From: Candidatus Obscuribacteraceae bacterium
Lineage (GTDB): Bacteria; Cyanobacteriota; Vampirovibrionia; Obscuribacterales; Obscuribacteraceae
Length of the DNA stretch: 64,000 nucleotides
Direction of reading: 5' to 3'
Assembly: GCA_044226015.1 (NCBI GenBank)
Contig: JBGAHS010000003.1
Coordinates: 224,001 to 288,000 of the forward strand
Shown: positions 58,388 to 64,000 of the stretch, piece after piece
Layout of the letters: every line of letters starts with the position of its first letter
Numbering within the stretch: the first letter of the stretch is position 1
Notes under the pieces: model-generated
Told to the model about the DNA's origin: nothing
Database searches by the model: none
The model's input: the letters and a program-made list of their open reading frames with translations, nothing else
Translations under genes and position numbers: made by a program

Positions 58388-59068
58388 TTAGCTTATAACC
58401 TGCTCTAGCCTCGGACACTCTTTATCGAGCCATTCGCAGACTTCTAACAGCGAATTAAATACACCCTCAGCCAACTCTCGCGAAGCTGCAGATGCAGGAA
58501 GCATATCGGGCACAAGACACGAGCGCATGCCACCAGCGCGGGCAGCGAGCAGCCCACTATGTGCATCTTCGAGCACCAAACAATGCTCAGGAAGTACACC
58601 AACAGCCTCTTGCGCCTTCCTGAAAGTTTCAGGGTCAGGCTTACCCTTTGCCACCATATCGCCACCAACAACAGCAGCGAAGAAATCGGCAAGATTATGA
58701 ACATCAAGTCGTCGCTTAGCTTCGGCGGTGACTGTTGAAGTGCCAACCGCACAGACAAGACCATTGTTGCGCGCCCATACTAGCAACTCTTTGACGCCGG
58801 GCTTTAGCGATAACCCTTCTGTTTCATGAAGATGTTCGTATTGTTCAGCTGCCTTAACATGAAAATGGGCTTTGTCGAACTTGCTTCCGAACTCCTGCGC
58901 TAGAACATCTTCAGCGTCAGCAACTGTGATGCCAATCAATTTCAGGTACAGAGCATCTGTAAGGTCGAAACCCATTTCGGCAGCGACCTGTGTCCACGAT
59001 TTCTTGTACAGCCCCTCTGTGTCAAGCAGCAACCCGTCCATATCAAATATAAGTGCCTTCGGTCTCAT
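58388..59068 (-). CDS. HAD-superfamily phosphatase (CbbY/beta-PGM-like)
   Basis: FDMDGLLLDTE, GKPDP, EDAHSG. Confidence 0.93.
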   Translation of the reverse strand: MRPKALIFDMDGLLLDTEGLYKKSWTQVAAEMGFDLTDALYLKLIGITVADAEDVLAQEFGSKFDKAHFHVKAAEQYEHLHETEGLSLKPGVKELLVWARNNGLVCAVGTSTVTAEAKRRLDVHNLADFFAAVVGGDMVAKGKPDPETFRKAQEAVGVLPEHCLVLEDAHSGLLAARAGGMRSCLVPDMLPASAASRELAEGVFNSLLEVCEWLDKECPRLEQVIS

Positions 59069-59120
59069 CTTTGCCCCTTAACTAAATAGATTTCGCAATT
59101 ACAAATCAAAGAAGAACCAA

Positions 59121-59684
59121 TTAAGCTGGCATCGACACAGGCTCGTCAGCGTCAGGCGCCTTGAAAATATCGACCGCGGGGTCAGCAAAAATATTGTCAA
59201 TTTCCTCATTGCAGAAGGTGCTAACTTCTCCAATCAAAGCGGGACCACCAACAGGTTCAAACTCATGAAAGATGCCCGGAGTCATTTTGATGCGCTCGCC
59301 CGCTTTCAATTCAAAGGGAACTCCAGATTCGCGTTCAACCATTTTCCTGTTGATTTTTATTTCAACCTTTTTCCCTTTTGTTGACGCGTCATTTGGATGA
59401 CCATTCCACAAAGTAATCTTCAAGGTTCCCTGGCGACAGATGATATCTTCACGCTTGTCATTGTGAGTATGTGCAGGAGTTACCATTCCCTCTCGTGCAT
59501 ACATTATTTTCTCGCAGTATTCATCTTCATTGCAGAGCAGAATTTCCACAAGCCCTGCTTTGTTGTAATCACCAAGACCGAAATCAGTAGCAGCCCATTC
59601 TGGTTGAGGCGGCAATACCCAATTGAATTTCTTCAAATAAGAGGCCGCTTCATGGCAAAGCTTGTTTACTTCGCTTTGTTTCAT
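59121..59684 (-). CDS. D-lyxose/D-mannose family sugar isomerase (cupin)
   Basis: DFGLG, YCEK, P.H.H..K.EDII, L..GE....PG..H.F, GEVS..N; start MKQSEV at 59684 (upstream extension is repeat-derived). Confidence 0.88.
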   Translation of the reverse strand: MKQSEVNKLCHEAASYLKKFNWVLPPQPEWAATDFGLGDYNKAGLVEILLCNEDEYCEKIMYAREGMVTPAHTHNDKREDIICRQGTLKITLWNGHPNDASTKGKKVEIKINRKMVERESGVPFELKAGERIKMTPGIFHEFEPVGGPALIGEVSTFCNEEIDNIFADPAVDIFKAPDADEPVSMPA

Positions 59685-59734
59685 TTTCCTACTCCATTTC
59701 TTCCTATCAAACAAACCAAATTTACTAACCAAAA

Positions 59735-59872
59735 GTACGAATCTAAAATTTGAATCCCAAGTACGAATACCAGGTACGAATCGCGAGTACGAATCCCAGA
59801 TACGAATCAAAGCACGAATCGCAGGTACGGATCCCGGATACGAATCGCAAGTACGAATCCCAGGTACGAATC
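59735..59872. repeat. 13-bp tandem repeat (~10 degenerate copies)
   Basis: GTACGAATCCCAG-type unit. Confidence 0.85.
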
Positions 59873-59896
59873 AAAAAGGGCTCGCTGAGCCCCTTT
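59873..59896 (-). terminator. Terminator after the aldolase gene
   Basis: Minus strand GGGCTC-agc-GAGCCC-TTTTT. Confidence 0.65.
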
Positions 59897-59904
59897 CAAA
59901 TCAG

Positions 59905-60753
59905 CTAGCGATTCGCACCGACCTCTTGCCGAATTTTGCCGATTGCCTGAGCCGCTGTGGCGCCATCGTGAAGAACCGCTTGTAACGCCTGAGTCATACC
60001 AAGTGGGTCATGATGCTGAATCACATTTCGTCCATAGATAATACCGGCAACGCCTTCTTTGACTAGTTTCTCCGTATGCTCAAGCACCTCTTTGTCAGAT
60101 GCCCTTCCGCCACCACGCACGGTGACAGGAACACCGGACGCAGCTTCAATCACACGATGAAACTCCTCTTCAGGTTCTGTAGAGTCAGTTTTGATAATGT
60201 CCGCGCCGAGTTCAGCCGCCATTCTAGCTAATGTGACAACGCGTGCAGGAGCACCATCACCAACCATTCCATCTTTTGTTTTCTTGAAAGAAAGTGGTTC
60301 AATACCTAGCGGCATTCCATAACGTTCACAAGCATTCTTGACTTTCAAAATGTTTCTCACACATTGATTCAACATTTCGGGATACTCATCTACCTGCAAG
60401 AGGTTAAGCAAAATGCAAGCAGCATCCAAACGAACAGCAAGTTCGACCACTTCTTCATAGGCTTCACAGAACAATCTGGAAGAAGGCAACACATCGTTGT
60501 AGAAATTTGCAGTATCAGCCCTCATCATCAGCGCTGGCTTTGCTCGCCCGCCAACTGATTGCAGATGAGGTGCTTCACCGGGAGATAAGAGAATTGCATC
60601 TGGATTTGCTTCAGCGAGGGTCTTAACAACCTTTTTCATGTTCTCAATGCCGCCAAGAAATGCAGCGTTGTTAAACAAAGCATGATCAACAGCGACCACC
60701 AGAGTACGCTTTGACTGCGGATGGAACAGACGATTAAGACGATAAAGCATCAA
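59905..60753 (-). CDS. Class I (DhnA/LsrF-type) aldolase
   Basis: RLNRLF, VAVDH, R.AAELGADIIKT Schiff-base Lys, RGGG, GRNV.Q. Confidence 0.9.
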   Translation of the reverse strand: MMLYRLNRLFHPQSKRTLVVAVDHALFNNAAFLGGIENMKKVVKTLAEANPDAILLSPGEAPHLQSVGGRAKPALMMRADTANFYNDVLPSSRLFCEAYEEVVELAVRLDAACILLNLLQVDEYPEMLNQCVRNILKVKNACERYGMPLGIEPLSFKKTKDGMVGDGAPARVVTLARMAAELGADIIKTDSTEPEEEFHRVIEAASGVPVTVRGGGRASDKEVLEHTEKLVKEGVAGIIYGRNVIQHHDPLGMTQALQAVLHDGATAAQAIGKIRQEVGANR

Positions 60754-61066
60754 AATACTCCCAACAAGATTGCCTCGTTCTCCAGAAGCGAAGAACTCCC
60801 AAAAGGGAGTCAGATCTTAGCACGCAGAGAATAGCCCATAAGCGCCCGCGTGCATTAATTCTGGCAAGACATAGTAGTCTCGACGTGAACAACTCTTGAC
60901 TCCCGTCACTCATTGATCTACAGACTTATGCTGGGTTATGATTTTCCACCAACAAGCCATCGCAGAAACAAAACTTGATCAGAACTCAGTTTCTCCTTGG
61001 AAAGCCCTATAAGTGAAATGCTTAGCAGCAATCACAACTACTCATCAAGACACAGCAGGAGCGTTT

Positions 61067-62173
61067 ATGCTAACGATGAATCGATCACAGGAACTCTTAG
61101 CAGGGCTAGATCGCGGCGAAGCAATACCAGCTTATTTTTACACAGACCCTGCTGTAACTGAAAAAGAGTACGAGCGAATTTTCCATAAATCGTGGCAATA
61201 CATCGGTTCGAAACAACAACTTAGGAATGTGGGAGATTTTATTAGCGGCTATATCGGGAGAATTCCGGTGGTAGTCGTCCGCAATGAAAACGGAATCGAA
61301 GGCTTCGTAAATGTCTGCAGACACAGGCGTCATGAGGTCATGAAAGGTTGCGGCAACTCAAAGATAATGCAGTGCCGCTACCATGCCTGGACTTATGACC
61401 TTGAAGGCAAACTGAAAGCCGCACCACGTGCCGACCGTGAACCGAACTTCTGCCTCGATGATTTTCCAATGTTGAAAATTCAAGTCGACACACTCGGACC
61501 ATGGGTCTTCGCGAACGCGGATGAAAACGCAGCGTCATTGCATTCATTTTACGGTCCTCTGCTGGACATTATCAAAGCAAGCGGCATTGACCTGGACAAT
61601 CTTGAGCTCTGGGGAAGAAGCGAATGGGAATCTGGTGCAAACTGGAAAACCATGCTGGAAAACTATCTTGAATGCTACCACTGCCCAGTTGCTCATCCAG
61701 GATTTAGCGCAGCGATTGACGTTGATCAAGACAGCTACAAGTTAACACCACATGAGTGGTTCTCCAGCCAGGTCGGGCACGTCAAAGAGTCAGCCCTTGA
61801 GGGCAAAAGCAAGGTCAAGATTTACGATGCGCAGGGCTCGGTGCGTCAGGCACAATATCATCTACTCTGGCCCAACTTCACCATTAACATCAATCCGGGC
61901 TTTCCAAATCTATCTGTGGACGTCTGGCTTCCAATGGGTCCAAATGAAGCTAGAGGATTCTCTGAACAATTTTTTGGACCTGGAGTTGATAAGAAATGGG
62001 CTGAGGAACTCATCCATTTCAATAAAGAGGTTGGAGAGGAAGATGATGTTCTCACCAATTCAGTTCAGAAGGGACTGATAGGTGGCGTTCCATCAGTAGG
62101 CAGATTCCTCACCAATAGCGAACATTTGTGCATTCACTTTCAAAAACTAATAGTCAAAGCACTCGCTGACTAA
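61067..62173 (+). CDS. Rieske non-heme iron oxygenase alpha subunit (choline monooxygenase/CntA-like)
   Basis: CRHR..CRYHAW Rieske motif; NWK..EN..ECYHC..H and ED..VQKG catalytic motifs. Confidence 0.92.
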   Translation: MLTMNRSQELLAGLDRGEAIPAYFYTDPAVTEKEYERIFHKSWQYIGSKQQLRNVGDFISGYIGRIPVVVVRNENGIEGFVNVCRHRRHEVMKGCGNSKIMQCRYHAWTYDLEGKLKAAPRADREPNFCLDDFPMLKIQVDTLGPWVFANADENAASLHSFYGPLLDIIKASGIDLDNLELWGRSEWESGANWKTMLENYLECYHCPVAHPGFSAAIDVDQDSYKLTPHEWFSSQVGHVKESALEGKSKVKIYDAQGSVRQAQYHLLWPNFTININPGFPNLSVDVWLPMGPNEARGFSEQFFGPGVDKKWAEELIHFNKEVGEEDDVLTNSVQKGLIGGVPSVGRFLTNSEHLCIHFQKLIVKALAD

Positions 62174-63808
62174 ATGAAGACCTGGAGTCCCGCTGAGAAA
62201 AATCGCTCACAAAAGCTTGCTTTAACAGCAATTGCTCTTGCCATAGGCGCACACTCATTTCTCGCGGCACCTTCTGCACTTGCTCGCGAAGATCTCTCCG
62301 ACGCAGAGAAACAAATCGAGCAACTATCGACCGAAATACTCCTCCATGAGATAGATTTTGAGCGCTGTTATCTTCAATACAGAATGTACGGCACGAAAGA
62401 TCCAAAATACAGACGTATGCGCTACTTTCTGTTGCAATTGGCGGCTGGAAGTACAGGACTGGCGTCGAACATTCTCTTCACGAAAGTAGCAAAAGAAGCC
62501 ATTCATTCCAATGAAGCCGACTTCGGAAAAGGTGATGCTAACATCGATAGCAGCAGCACCAACAGCAACTCGGAACTAAATTCGCAAAGCAACGAGGAGA
62601 CGGCAAGCTCTCAGCCGTCGACAGCAAGCAAAGCTACGGAGACAACAACGCCAACAATTGCCACCACTGGCAACACCGAAGACTTCACGATAAAAGAGCT
62701 GAAAAGTGCTTTCATTTTGTCTATTGTTGCAACCGCACTCGACGCCTCCAGCTCACTAATTGAAATGAGCTCGAACGGCTATACAGCAATAAAGAACATA
62801 AAGAAGAAACTGAGCCCAAAAGACTCTGTAAATAATACAAAATCTCGCATCGAGACAATCGACGCTCTGTTCGCTAAGCGCCAGGAATTGATAGATCGCA
62901 ACCCCGACTCAAGTCGAAACGGCGTAAACGCAGCTGAAACACGCGTACTCAAGAATTATAGAGATTGGTGCCTGGCCGAGTACGCCGATGTTTACGCTAC
63001 AGTGAAATCATCACAATCGAGTTATAACATTTACTATGCTATCGATATGGCATCAGCAGGTTGGTATTTAGCATCTTCCGCGCTTGGGCTTAAAGCGCTA
63101 AACGCCAAGCACGAAAAACTTGGAGGACCGGCTTGCTACACGGCTATCGTCGGAGACGGGTTGGGCATCACAGCAGTACCGCTCAGCACCTGGGGTGGTA
63201 ACTGGCTTTACAGCTACTATCGCAACAAACTGAAAAAACAGTTGAAAGAAGAATTGAAAGACACCGAAATTGAAGCCAAAGCCTCTCTCGAGAATTTGAA
63301 CAAAGAGCTTGCCTCAGCTGACATAGGCTTGCTTGAGTCAACAAAATCTTTGCGCGATCGCATCGCTGTGTACGTGCTCTGGTACTCGCGCTACGATAAG
63401 AATCTCAGCAAGCAAATCGCTGAACTCAGACACCAGGCTCGCGTGGCACACCAGGGATTGATCGCAGGTCCGCTGATTTCGGGGTCCTATCTGGCGGCAG
63501 ACATTCTTGCTACAGTAGCCTTCTATGGCGTACCAAATCGTCCGAGAGCTGGGGCTACATTGACATACGCGGGTGGAGTTTCCGGCACCGCCGGAGCTGG
63601 TTTCACCATTGGCTTGACGAATTACATTCTTGCCAACGAGCTACTTCATAGACGGAAATTGAAGAAACAAAATATTCTGCCCTCACAGTTACTTGCAGAA
63701 AGACTAAAAACACTAGAAGACCTCGAAGGAATTCTGAGCAAGAACAACTCCAGGCTTCCAGATGGGAAACAAAGGGTTCCCAAAAACCCCTTTGCTGAGG
63801 CAAAATAG
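62174..63808 (+). CDS. Exported/membrane hypothetical protein
   Basis: Signal peptide, coiled coils and several hydrophobic helices. Confidence 0.65.
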   Translation: MKTWSPAEKNRSQKLALTAIALAIGAHSFLAAPSALAREDLSDAEKQIEQLSTEILLHEIDFERCYLQYRMYGTKDPKYRRMRYFLLQLAAGSTGLASNILFTKVAKEAIHSNEADFGKGDANIDSSSTNSNSELNSQSNEETASSQPSTASKATETTTPTIATTGNTEDFTIKELKSAFILSIVATALDASSSLIEMSSNGYTAIKNIKKKLSPKDSVNNTKSRIETIDALFAKRQELIDRNPDSSRNGVNAAETRVLKNYRDWCLAEYADVYATVKSSQSSYNIYYAIDMASAGWYLASSALGLKALNAKHEKLGGPACYTAIVGDGLGITAVPLSTWGGNWLYSYYRNKLKKQLKEELKDTEIEAKASLENLNKELASADIGLLESTKSLRDRIAVYVLWYSRYDKNLSKQIAELRHQARVAHQGLIAGPLISGSYLAADILATVAFYGVPNRPRAGATLTYAGGVSGTAGAGFTIGLTNYILANELLHRRKLKKQNILPSQLLAERLKTLEDLEGILSKNNSRLPDGKQRVPKNPFAEAK

Positions 63809-63837
63809 CAAGGTTCACAAAGCTGCTTGAGGCAAAC

Positions 63838-64000
63838 ATGAGCCGAAAAGAATTTGAGAAGATCCTTACAGGATTCAATGTTGAAGTGCAGAATATCGCG
63901 ATAGAAACAAGAGCACTCGTTTTTGATGTATTACCGGAAACCGTTGAAGTCGTTTGGGAAAAACAAAAAATCGCCGGACTTGGAACCGGCCCCAAGAAAC
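63838..64000 (+). CDS. DUF1801-like protein, partial (runs off window end)
   Basis: MSRKEFEKIL..RALVFDVLP..VEVVW..GTGPKK; GAGG RBS. Confidence 0.6.
   Translation, partial: MSRKEFEKILTGFNVEVQNIAIETRALVFDVLPETVEVVWEKQKIAGLGTGPKK

Noticed and set aside
59685..59810. N-terminal extension of the sugar isomerase
   Set aside because: Largely translation of the 13-bp tandem repeat; an RBS-like AGGA precedes the ATG at 59684

Overview
64-kb chromosomal window with no rRNA, tRNA, CRISPR or integrase/transposase. Gene style (TPR-TonB proteins, Ser/Thr kinase, MAKILIVED-type response regulators, Tad-like pseudopilins, many orphans) suggests a non-photosynthetic Cyanobacteriota relative (Melainabacteria/Vampirovibrionia, Obscuribacterales-like); this is inference only. 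Main signals: (1) five co-oriented copies of a VirB2/TrbC-like pilin gene spread over 21.2-47.2 kb. Their C-terminal ~95 aa are nearly invariant, each has its own terminator, one is 5'-truncated, one has a 20-aa in-frame deletion, and unrelated effector-like cargo lies between them. (2) Two toxin-immunity loci (1.1 kb and 54.3 kb) share an N-terminal motif I do not recognise but carry different toxin tips (R-S-E ADP-ribosyltransferase-like and RelA/SpoT synthetase-like), suggesting a polymorphic toxin family. (3) A promoter architecture (three GACA boxes at 11-bp period, 20 bp, then TAnnCT) occurs five times, at four genes of the Tad-like cluster and one orphan. The rest is regulatory, transport and metabolic genes plus several intergenic minisatellites.
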